Shown here: in pieces, positions 36,274-43,682 of the stretch
Layout of the letters: each line of letters starts with the position of its first letter
Position numbering within the stretch: position 1 is the first letter of the stretch
Assembly: GCA_964519305.1 (NCBI GenBank)
Contig: CAZFHY010000024.1
Coordinates: forward strand, 1 to 43,682
Source: Candidatus Undinarchaeota archaeon
Lineage (GTDB): Archaea > SpSt-1190 > JASMDC01
DNA length: 43,682 bases
Reading direction: 5' to 3'
Made by a program: the position numbers and the translations under genes
The notes under the pieces: generated by a model
What the model was told of the DNA's origin: nothing
Seen by the model: only the letters and a program-made list of their open reading frames with translations
The model's database searches: none

Positions 36274-39200
36274 TTACATGTACCTGCCGCCGTAGTACCC
36301 GCCCTGCTGCATCATAGGGGCGGTCTGGTACCCGGCGTAGGCCTGCTGGGGAGGCATGGCCGGTGGCTTCTTGCGAAGGGAGAACGCGAACGCACCTATG
36401 CCCAGGATGAGCAGTACGAGGATCCCCTTGAACACGCCCGATACCCTCGAGCCGGATGATGGTGCGTCTTCAACGTCCGAGCCACGTTCCAGCTTCCGGG
36501 CTTTGCTCCTGTAGGTCTCCAGGGAGCTCTCGGCCTCGGCAACGAGCCGTGCTGCTTCCTCACGCTTGCCCTCTGAAGCTAGCTCTTGGGCCATCTCCAC
36601 GTTCGTTCGCGCTTCGGTGACAAGTTTCTCGAGCTCAGCCAGCTCCTCCTCGTCCGTACCTTTCTCGACGAGCGCGACCATCCTGTCCTCGGCCTCCCTC
36701 AGCTTCAGCTCGCTCTCCTCGATATCCTCCTCGATATCGTCATCGGGCTCCGTCACATCGGGTGGCGCCGGTGAGACCTCGATGGCGAGACGCTTGGCGT
36801 TACGTGCACCCTCGGCGCAGTCGGCCTTGACGAGGAGGTCATGCGAGCCCTCCTCCGGGAAGACGAGTGTGAGGTTGAACACGGCCCCATCAGCGGTAGG
36901 GATGTCCACCTTTGAGGGTGTGACATTGGCCGTACCATCCTTGATGGTGACCTCTAGAGATACGTCCGTGAGGTTACCCTCACCCGTGTTGCGGACCTCC
37001 ACATTTATGTCCTGCGGGATCCCTGCAGCGATGATTACCTTTCCAGCCGGCAAGCTGAGCCGGATCCGATAGTCGCACTCGCAGTCTTTCGGACAGTCCT
37101 GACAGGTCTCTTCCTGCTGGCAGGTCCCATCACCACAGGATGCCTTACTCTCCAGGACGAACAGGGAGAGCTTCGCCACGCTCTCCTCCTCGCCGCTCGT
37201 AGCCGTGATTGTACCGCTTAGGCTTCCGGTCTTGGTGTCAGGGGGTACGTCCACGGTGACCATGACCTCCTTGGACGCTTCGGTTGGGATTGTAATGGAT
37301 GACTCGGCGAGAGATAACCATGGTCCGATGGAACCGCCGGTCACGAGATCCACACGTCTGAGCTCTGGAGCTGCGTTGACCACCAGCAATGTGAAGTTGG
37401 CTTTCCCGCCGGGGGACGAGGTGAGACTGAACTGCTCCTGACCGAGGTACACAGTGGTCGTCCCCTTGACGGTGACCTGGATGATCGCGGTATGGGACTC
37501 CTCCCCCGTTGTGATCGTAAGGGTGCCGTTGAAGGTGCCGCGGGCGTCCTCGTCGAGCTTGATGTGGACATCGATGGCCCTGGTCTGTCCTGCCTCCACA
37601 CGGAGCATCCGTGGATAGGTCAGTTCAGCGGGAGCATCGTGCGAGAGGGATATCGTGAGGGCGTCGATAGCCTGATTGAACACCGAGACAGCAGCCCGTG
37701 CGGTCTTGCCCGGTGGGACCGATGCATCGACCACGGGTGTAAGGAGGGAGAGGCATTCTCCACAGTCCTTCGTGCACGTTGAGCAATCCTCGCTCCCCTC
37801 GCAGAGCGTATCCCCGCATGAGCTGGAGTAGCATCCCGTCTCGTCGGACCGTGGATCATCAGGTGCGCATATCTTGGAAGCATCGCACTGACAGTCCATG
37901 GGGCTGGACTTACAGTCCTCCCCCGTGAATGTGCACAGTAGGTCACCGGTGCACGTGTCCAAAGTGCAGTCGGCGCAGTCGGAAGCGCACTCCCCTGGAT
38001 CGCACTGCTCGTCACCGCACTTCGGATCATGACAGCCCCGTTCATCGGCGAGCGGGTGGGCTATGTTGCACTTCCATCCCTCCGGGCACGGGCATTGGAT
38101 TGGTTGCGATGTACATGTCTCGTTGAACCCGATGTTGCACCCCGTATCAAGGGCGCATACCGTGGCGTTGCAGTCCACGCAGGTGATATCGCATTCCCCC
38201 GGATCGCATGCCCCGTCGCCGCAACCTTTTGAGTAGCATCCTTTCTCGTCAGCGAGCGCATTGGTCGGGTCGCAGACCTGGTCGATGGGGCAAGCGCAGT
38301 GTATCTTGGAGTTCGTGCAGTTCTCGCCTATGCCGATGTTGCATCGAGTGTCGTTCGCACAGGTGACGAGGTCACAACCCAGACACGCGCGGTCGCACTC
38401 TCGAAGGGGGAGGAGGTCTATGGGCGAATCCTTGGCCATGTCCGTGTGGACCAGGTCGCACACACCGTCCTCGCATTTTGGGATGAAGCATCCGTTGGCG
38501 TCCGAGCGGGGATCGGTATTGTCGCATATCGCGCTCACGTCACAACCGCATTCTGGCGCATTGGTACAGTTCTCCTCCAGATAGACCGAGCAGAAGTCGT
38601 CCACACAAGCGCTCCTATCGCAGTCCGGGCAGGGGAGTTTGCACTCGCCAGGATCGCAAACACCGTTCCCGCACGATGCAGTGTAGCACCCCATCTCATC
38701 GGACACGAGCTGTTCGGGATCGCAGGTGTACCCGTCAGGGCACGTGCATTGGGTCGGTGCGTTATCGCACCGCTCACCAACATCAAGGTTGCAGTCGAGG
38801 TCGGTGGCGCAGGATGCCACGTTGCACTCAGCACAACCGTTGTCGCAGTCGCCTGTGTTAACGTTGCATACATCGTCCCCACAGGTGCCCTCGGGATCAC
38901 GGATGGATGCAGTTATGCTCTTTGTATCTCTGATAATGAAGGAGCCGTCCTCCCGCTCTGTCACCTCCAGTGCATCACGGTCGGCGAGGGCCCGCCAGGA
39001 CGACGTGCTCACGTCCCACCGCTCGAGCACACCACCGTCGCGTCGTTTCAGTCTGAAGCTCACGGGGACTGACAATCCGTTACGGAAATAGACCGAGTAG
39101 CCATCGGGATCGTACGTGAACTCCAGCGCAGAAAGGTCGAGTGCCGTTGTGAAATCCCAGTTCTCGATGCGCATGTAGATGTCCCCGTCATCTTCTCCGA

Positions 39201-40332
39201 GCACAACGTTATGGGCGCCGGAAATCCCGCGGCACGCGGCGGTGTCGTCTGTAGTGCAGCGAGCAGAGGTGCCGACGATCCAAACGGGAAGACTGACCGA
39301 AAGCGCTCCCGAGTAGAACACTCCCGGGAGCACGTCCACCTTCACCCAGGCGCCGCCCACACAGACCTTGGTGATGAAGAAGAGCTTTACGCTACCCTCT
39401 GCATAGCATGTGTTGCCTGAGATACACGAGTTCGAACCTTGGCAGCACAACCGGTCCTCCTCGAAGTAGTACTCGCCGCTGTCGTCGCCGCAGCACGTAG
39501 CATCGTGCCAGATGAAGCCGGCGCACGTGCAGCTGCGTTCGGTGAGGTCGGGATCATCGGTAGCGCAGAACGTGCACCAGTCCGCGTCGTTGCAGAATGA
39601 ACAGTCCTTATGATACCGGCAATGATGGTTAGTGCATTCCTTCTGGTTCGATGTGCATGTGAGCCAAGGCTCGTCTGTGCAGTCGTTATCTTCGATGCAA
39701 TCTCCCGAGAGCCACTCGCCAAGGTTGCAGACGCCGCCCTGACCAGGCCAGTTCTCGATTATGTCATCCCCGCAGCAGGACGGTTGACCTGAGTCAAGTT
39801 CTATCTCCCACTTACCGTCCGCGATACCGTCCTGGTCGATGTCCACGCAATTGGTGCAGTAATGTTCGTTGGTGTTCGGATCCGTGACGGTCATCCACTG
39901 GCCTTCGAAACAGTACCCGTCATCCCTGCACCAGGACTCGTCCGGAGTGTCCCCGCAGCAATGGCCCGACTCATGCCATGTGCCTCCATTGCATGACTGG
40001 CAATGGAAGGGCGAGTCGTCCTCGCCGTACACGTCCTTCCAGACGCCGTCGAAGCAGAACCCGTACTGACCGCACCAGTCATCATCCAGACCATCATCCC
40101 CGCAGCACTCTCCGGCCCCCGTGCCCGCCTCCTCCTTCCAGATATGATGCTTGCATTGCTCGCAGAAGTACTCGTCGTCATCGGCGTTGTACACCGTGAC
40201 GTAGACACCGGTGCGGCAATAACCGTTGTCGTCGCAATAGGACGACTGGGGACCGCAGGTGGTGGCGAGGCTGCTGGGGATCAGGAGCGTGGCCACTACC
40301 AGGAAGATAAACAGTCTCCTGGCAGGCCTCAT
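36274..40332 (-). CDS. Type I membrane-anchored Cys-repeat surface protein (~1352 aa) with Ig-like domains and a coiled-coil stalk
   Basis: Signal peptide MRPARRLFIFLVVATLLIPSSLA; CCGDD repeats; five 12-Cys repeats; NEW3/CARDB-like VRNTGEGNLTDV; Glu-rich coiled coil; TM GILVLLILGIGAFAF followed by RKK and a P/Q/Y/G tail. Confidence 0.88.
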   Translation of the reverse strand: MRPARRLFIFLVVATLLIPSSLATTCGPQSSYCDDNGYCRTGVYVTVYNADDDEYFCEQCKHHIWKEEAGTGAGECCGDDGLDDDWCGQYGFCFDGVWKDVYGEDDSPFHCQSCNGGTWHESGHCCGDTPDESWCRDDGYCFEGQWMTVTDPNTNEHYCTNCVDIDQDGIADGKWEIELDSGQPSCCGDDIIENWPGQGGVCNLGEWLSGDCIEDNDCTDEPWLTCTSNQKECTNHHCRYHKDCSFCNDADWCTFCATDDPDLTERSCTCAGFIWHDATCCGDDSGEYYFEEDRLCCQGSNSCISGNTCYAEGSVKLFFITKVCVGGAWVKVDVLPGVFYSGALSVSLPVWIVGTSARCTTDDTAACRGISGAHNVVLGEDDGDIYMRIENWDFTTALDLSALEFTYDPDGYSVYFRNGLSVPVSFRLKRRDGGVLERWDVSTSSWRALADRDALEVTEREDGSFIIRDTKSITASIRDPEGTCGDDVCNVNTGDCDNGCAECNVASCATDLDCNLDVGERCDNAPTQCTCPDGYTCDPEQLVSDEMGCYTASCGNGVCDPGECKLPCPDCDRSACVDDFCSVYLEENCTNAPECGCDVSAICDNTDPRSDANGCFIPKCEDGVCDLVHTDMAKDSPIDLLPLRECDRACLGCDLVTCANDTRCNIGIGENCTNSKIHCACPIDQVCDPTNALADEKGCYSKGCGDGACDPGECDITCVDCNATVCALDTGCNIGFNETCTSQPIQCPCPEGWKCNIAHPLADERGCHDPKCGDEQCDPGECASDCADCTLDTCTGDLLCTFTGEDCKSSPMDCQCDASKICAPDDPRSDETGCYSSSCGDTLCEGSEDCSTCTKDCGECLSLLTPVVDASVPPGKTARAAVSVFNQAIDALTISLSHDAPAELTYPRMLRVEAGQTRAIDVHIKLDEDARGTFNGTLTITTGEESHTAIIQVTVKGTTTVYLGQEQFSLTSSPGGKANFTLLVVNAAPELRRVDLVTGGSIGPWLSLAESSITIPTEASKEVMVTVDVPPDTKTGSLSGTITATSGEEESVAKLSLFVLESKASCGDGTCQQEETCQDCPKDCECDYRIRLSLPAGKVIIAAGIPQDINVEVRNTGEGNLTDVSLEVTIKDGTANVTPSKVDIPTADGAVFNLTLVFPEEGSHDLLVKADCAEGARNAKRLAIEVSPAPPDVTEPDDDIEEDIEESELKLREAEDRMVALVEKGTDEEELAELEKLVTEARTNVEMAQELASEGKREEAARLVAEAESSLETYRSKARKLERGSDVEDAPSSGSRVSGVFKGILVLLILGIGAFAFSLRKKPPAMPPQQAYAGYQTAPMMQQGGYYGGRYM
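37753..38883 (-). repeat. Five ~67-aa 12-Cys protein repeats plus a final CGD..C unit
   Basis: Consensus CGDG.CDPGEC...C.DC....C..D..CN...GE.C....C.C.....C.......D..GC, seen five times in the translation. Confidence 0.85.
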
Positions 40333-40393
40333 AGGCGAGATAATGTCACAATCATTGATAACCCTTGCGCCCACGCCATCGCCCCTGCCGTAA

Positions 40394-41149
40394 CTACCCG
40401 ATGGGAGCCTTCTCGCACTTCTTCACAGACTCCGTGTTCGCACCCGAGATGGTGAGGGTTACATGTGAGTAGGCGAGCACGTCATCGGTGTCGGGTGGGA
40501 GGATTAGCTTGACGTTCCCTCCCTTTTCCTTGAGACTGGGGCAATTGTCGCACATATCGATCGTGGTGCACGTGCCATCTTTATCGATCATACGGATACG
40601 GTCGGACTCGTAGGTGAAGGATTCATCCGCAGTGCTGAAGTAGATTGTGAGCTCACTAAAATGCGTTGGTGGCATGAACGTGTCCCCTTTATTCTCCATT
40701 TCGATACAATATGGATTGTAGCTGAGCCCACATGCCTCCTGGATCTCATCACCGCATCCATAATGGGCCCGACAACCGACTTCGAAGAACACTTTTGGCT
40801 GGGCCTGGTCCTTTTCCCAAGCCCGCTCGACAGCGAGCCTGACAATGAACACACCAGCACCGATCACAACACCGATAATGATGACGAGCTTGAGGATGGA
40901 ATAGAGGGACCGGATGATCTTGATATGCGATGGGACTTCCTTGAAAGCCTCTTCCTCTTCCTCTTTTACTTCCTCGATCTGCTCGCCCGCAGTCACTCCG
41001 GGGACGCTCGTCTCGCCTCCCTCGCCCCGCGGGAGGGCCATGTAGGGGCTCCTGAGATACGGGCTTGCACGCTTGACCTCTTCTTCCTTTTTCTCTTCAG
41101 CATCGACGCAGGACTTTACCTCGTGGATAAGAGGTGGGTGCTCGTCCAT
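40394..41149 (-). CDS. Single-pass membrane protein with an acidic cytoplasmic N-terminus and a Cys-rich extracellular domain
   Basis: Glu-rich N-terminus, TM LVIIIGVVIGAGVFIV, 8 Cys after the TM; start at 41149 or 41185. Confidence 0.7.
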   Translation of the reverse strand: MDEHPPLIHEVKSCVDAEEKKEEEVKRASPYLRSPYMALPRGEGGETSVPGVTAGEQIEEVKEEEEEAFKEVPSHIKIIRSLYSILKLVIIIGVVIGAGVFIVRLAVERAWEKDQAQPKVFFEVGCRAHYGCGDEIQEACGLSYNPYCIEMENKGDTFMPPTHFSELTIYFSTADESFTYESDRIRMIDKDGTCTTIDMCDNCPSLKEKGGNVKLILPPDTDDVLAYSHVTLTISGANTESVKKCEKAPIG

Positions 41150-41188
41150 GCCTTCCCCTGTCACCAGTATGATTGGTACGCCCATAGG

Positions 41189-42331
41189 TTAAAAAAGGGG
41201 ATGTCTCCGCCGCAGGTCAGCAAGTCTACGTGCCGCGAAGGTCACAACGGACGGATTAAGGGCGAGTCTGGCCACCAAGGCCGATGGGAAGTCCATGTCC
41301 CCCCACTGTTCGATGGTATTCTCGGCGCCCGAATCCTTGAGGATGGTGAAGAACGAGTCGAGCTCGATATCATCGAGATCGTCCACGAAACGTCGAATGC
41401 GAAGGCACATGGCAAGCTCACGTTCAACGCGGCTGCGCCAGAGCCTTTCATAAGAAGCCGGATCACCGGTGATGAGGGCTTCGGCCGCGGCGGCCGCACA
41501 GATCGATCCCACCACTATGCCGCCACCTGTCGTAGCTTTCACCTGGCCTGCCGCGTCACCGACGACCAGGAGACCGCCCTCATGGGTCCGTCGGACGGGA
41601 CCTGAGATGGGGATTACGCCCCCGCCCTGCTCGATGATCCTGTGTGGACCTAGGCGACCGTGCAGGATAGCCCGGAGCCGGGCATTCACCTGTCCGCCTC
41701 GGCAAGCCACACCGACACGTGCCACCTCACCTGACTCAGGAATAATCCAGCCAAAGAACCCGGGGGCCACTTCTCTTCCGAAGAACATGCTGACATGATC
41801 TGTGTCGAGCCCTGTTGTCCTGATCCGGACCTGCCGTGCGGCCAATAGCTCGCGTGTAGTATCGAGACCGACACCCCTCGGGAGACGAGAGGTGAATCCC
41901 TCACAGCACACGACGTATCGTGACCTATAGGCCGCGTCAGTAGTGCGCACGTACCCGGGACCCATCCATCGTACCCGGGCACCCAGAACGAGCTCCGCCC
42001 CTGCCTCTTGCGCAAGGTCTGAGAGATTGGCGTCGAAGGCAGCCCGGTCGATGACGTACGCTTGTGGTTCGGGACGGGCGACGGTTATTCCGACACCGCC
42101 CGGGGACCACATATGGGCCCCTCGTACGGTGTTCACGACCACATCGTCAGGGAGATCGTTCACCTCGTCTATGCGCGTGGAGATGAGCCCGGCGCACTGG
42201 ATAGGGAGCCCAACCCGGTCGTGCTCCTCAAGGACCACGACGGAGAGGCCGCCTTCGGCACATAGTCGGGCGGTCGTGCTCCCTGCTGGACCTGCGCCGA
42301 TGACGACGACATCGGTCCGGACGGTGCGCAT
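41189..42331 (-). CDS. Geranylgeranyl reductase family FAD-dependent oxidoreductase (DGGGPL reductase-like)
   Basis: DVVVIGAGPAGS, PIQCAGLIS, IDRAAFD, GFFGWIIP, VGDAAGQVKATTGGGI. Confidence 0.88.
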   Translation of the reverse strand: MRTVRTDVVVIGAGPAGSTTARLCAEGGLSVVVLEEHDRVGLPIQCAGLISTRIDEVNDLPDDVVVNTVRGAHMWSPGGVGITVARPEPQAYVIDRAAFDANLSDLAQEAGAELVLGARVRWMGPGYVRTTDAAYRSRYVVCCEGFTSRLPRGVGLDTTRELLAARQVRIRTTGLDTDHVSMFFGREVAPGFFGWIIPESGEVARVGVACRGGQVNARLRAILHGRLGPHRIIEQGGGVIPISGPVRRTHEGGLLVVGDAAGQVKATTGGGIVVGSICAAAAAEALITGDPASYERLWRSRVERELAMCLRIRRFVDDLDDIELDSFFTILKDSGAENTIEQWGDMDFPSALVARLALNPSVVTFAARRLADLRRRHPLF

Positions 42332-42346
42332 GCCATCACGGACGGG

Positions 42347-42363
42347 TAAATCCTTTTAAAAAG
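42347..42363. promoter_or_regulatory. Palindromic AT-rich element (cttttaaaaag) between divergent genes; candidate shared TATA box
   Basis: ttttaaaa lies ~25-30 nt from both ATG 42331 (-) and ATG 42385 (+). Confidence 0.5.
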
Positions 42364-42384
42364 TAGGGCGCATTCCCTAAGTAC

Positions 42385-43353
42385 ATGGATACTCAGGACG
42401 GTCCGCGCGACGGAAACGTCAATATTAAGTTCATCGAGCTTGAGAACCGGCTCAACGATATTGAGCGTCGGTTCATGCAGTTTGAGAGCAAGATAATGAC
42501 GGACCTCGCAACATCGGAGGCAAAGCTCAATGTCAGGATCACCGAGAACAGTTACGGTCCTGAAGAGCAGAAGGTGCTGAACGAACTACGTGAGCGCGTT
42601 GTCAAGATCAGCAAGGACGTAAATGTCCAGGGCTCTGGTGGGTCGGCCGAACTCGCTGAGACTATCCATACATTACACGAAGGCCTGACTGAGATCAAGA
42701 AGCGTCTGGCCGAGCGTTCTGCTGAAGGTCCTTCCGTAGACACAACCGAACTGGCGGAGCTTAAAGGCCGTCTTGATGACCTTTCCGTCCTCAAGGAACG
42801 TGTCGATGGGCTTGCAGCGGGTGGAACTGATGAGCGTGAGGCGCTTTCCCAGCTCAGAACGCTCCGGAACGAGGTCAAGACCTTCGGTCCGACCATCAGT
42901 AAAGCCTTCAAGCTGAAAGAAGAAGAGCTGCAGCATGTCCACGAGATGCGGACGCTTTTTGAAGCTCTTCGGTTACGATTGGACAAGGTAATCCAGGACG
43001 CTCCCTCTCCAAAGGAGCTAGATCTACGGTTCTCTAAGTTCGATGAGAAGCTGAAGCGAATGGATACACTTGGTGGAGAGATCGAAGTGCTAAAGAAGCA
43101 CAGCGCGGATCCGACCGAGATGGAGGCAGTGGGCCGTGTGGTCAAAGAACTAGCCCCCATCACTGAACGCCTTTCCCGGATGGAAGCGACCCTCAACAAA
43201 CGGATGGACGAGGTTCTCTCCCTCCAGGTCCAGGTCCGTGAGGTCCGTGAGCAGATCAAGGCAAAGGAGTTGACCGAGATCAAGGATCAGGTCGTGGCGC
43301 TCGACGACTCACTGGCGGATCTAAAAGATGGTGTAACTGGATTGGGTGATTGA
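42385..43353 (+). CDS. Soluble long coiled-coil protein
   Basis: 322 aa, E/K/L/R-rich heptads throughout, no TM helix. Confidence 0.8.
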   Translation: MDTQDGPRDGNVNIKFIELENRLNDIERRFMQFESKIMTDLATSEAKLNVRITENSYGPEEQKVLNELRERVVKISKDVNVQGSGGSAELAETIHTLHEGLTEIKKRLAERSAEGPSVDTTELAELKGRLDDLSVLKERVDGLAAGGTDEREALSQLRTLRNEVKTFGPTISKAFKLKEEELQHVHEMRTLFEALRLRLDKVIQDAPSPKELDLRFSKFDEKLKRMDTLGGEIEVLKKHSADPTEMEAVGRVVKELAPITERLSRMEATLNKRMDEVLSLQVQVREVREQIKAKELTEIKDQVVALDDSLADLKDGVTGLGD

Positions 43354-43354
43354 T

Positions 43355-43682
43355 ATGGCAATCTTAGATTTTCTGAAGGGCAAGAAGGAGCAGGAGCCGA
43401 CGGTTCCGGTCCAGATGCAGGGGATGGGGGGTCCGATGCCTCCCAAGCCGCCCGGTGCACCCGTTTCACCGGTACCGATCAGGGGTCCGATGCCGCCCAA
43501 GCCCATTGGTGCGCCCAAACCGCCCAGCCCTCCGAAGCCTATGGCTGTGCCCAAGCCGCCCAGCCCTCCGAAGCCTATGGCTGTGCCCAAGCCGCCCAGC
43601 CCTCCGAAGCCTGTGGCAGTGCCCAAACCGCCCAGCCCTCCGAAGCCTGTGGCAGTGCCCAAGCCGCCCAGCCCTCCGAAGC
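43355..43682 (+). CDS. Partial Pro/Lys-rich protein (runs off the right edge; not in the ORF track)
   Basis: ATG 1 nt after the upstream TGA: MAILDFLKGKKEQEPTVPVQMQGMGGPMPPKPPGAPVSPVPIRGPMPPKPIGAPKPPSPPKPMAVPKPPSPPKP...; no stop before the edge. Confidence 0.8.
   Translation, partial: MAILDFLKGKKEQEPTVPVQMQGMGGPMPPKPPGAPVSPVPIRGPMPPKPIGAPKPPSPPKPMAVPKPPSPPKPMAVPKPPSPPKPVAVPKPPSPPKPVAVPKPPSPPK
43511..43682 (+). repeat. 36-bp tandem repeat x >=4.8 encoding VPKPPSPPKP(M/V)A
   Basis: Units start at 43511, 43547, 43583, 43619 and 43655 (the last is truncated); near-identical; no spacers. Confidence 0.95.

Noticed and set aside
26829-40332. Cys-rich giants as multiheme cytochromes or Fe-S proteins
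   Set aside because: I found no CxxCH motifs; signal peptides and regular even Cys counts fit disulfides better.
40661-41605. 314-aa plus-strand ORF and similar long antisense ORFs (31870..32988, 24858..25721, 42552..43283)
   Set aside because: Each fully overlaps a better-supported gene on the opposite strand and has no recognisable motifs.
43321-43662. Minus-strand Gly-rich ORF (GFGGLGGLGTA repeats)
   Set aside because: Antisense of the Pro-rich plus-strand ORF, which has a better start context immediately after the upstream gene.
43511-43682. 36-bp repeats as a CRISPR array
   Set aside because: Units are head-to-tail with no spacers, the period is a multiple of 3 within an open frame, and no cas genes are present.

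Overview
GC-rich, gene-dense window that most likely comes from an archaeon, plausibly DPANN. This is an inference from TATA-box-like elements about 25-40 nt upstream of many starts, an aIF5A-type factor, a geranylgeranyl-reductase family gene and CGDG-C-type Cys repeats. From left to right: (1) a minus-strand reading frame missed by the ORF track (3051 to the left edge), in which an RsgA-like N-terminus is fused in frame to an AddA/UvrD helicase-nuclease lacking its Walker A region; (2) small DUF1801, membrane and lipoprotein genes; (3) a ~20 kb membrane-associated locus with MoxR AAA+, DUF58, BatA-VWA, a double-VWA/GATase-like protein, a Gly/Gln-repeat coiled-coil protein, an ABC ATPase, three paralogous ABC-2-type permeases and a GldG/IFT52(GIFT)-like mosaic protein. 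The core of this locus is bracketed by two paralogous 8-Cys single-pass proteins, and the second paralog is translationally coupled to an aIF5A homolog with Thr at the hypusine Lys position; (4) a 3129-aa secreted Cys-rich giant protein and a ~1350-aa Cys-repeat surface protein; (5) a geranylgeranyl reductase, a coiled-coil protein and a Pro/Lys 36-bp tandem-repeat ORF that runs off the right edge. I recognised no rRNA, tRNA, CRISPR array or transposase. All family calls are by-eye motif recognition, not database searches.
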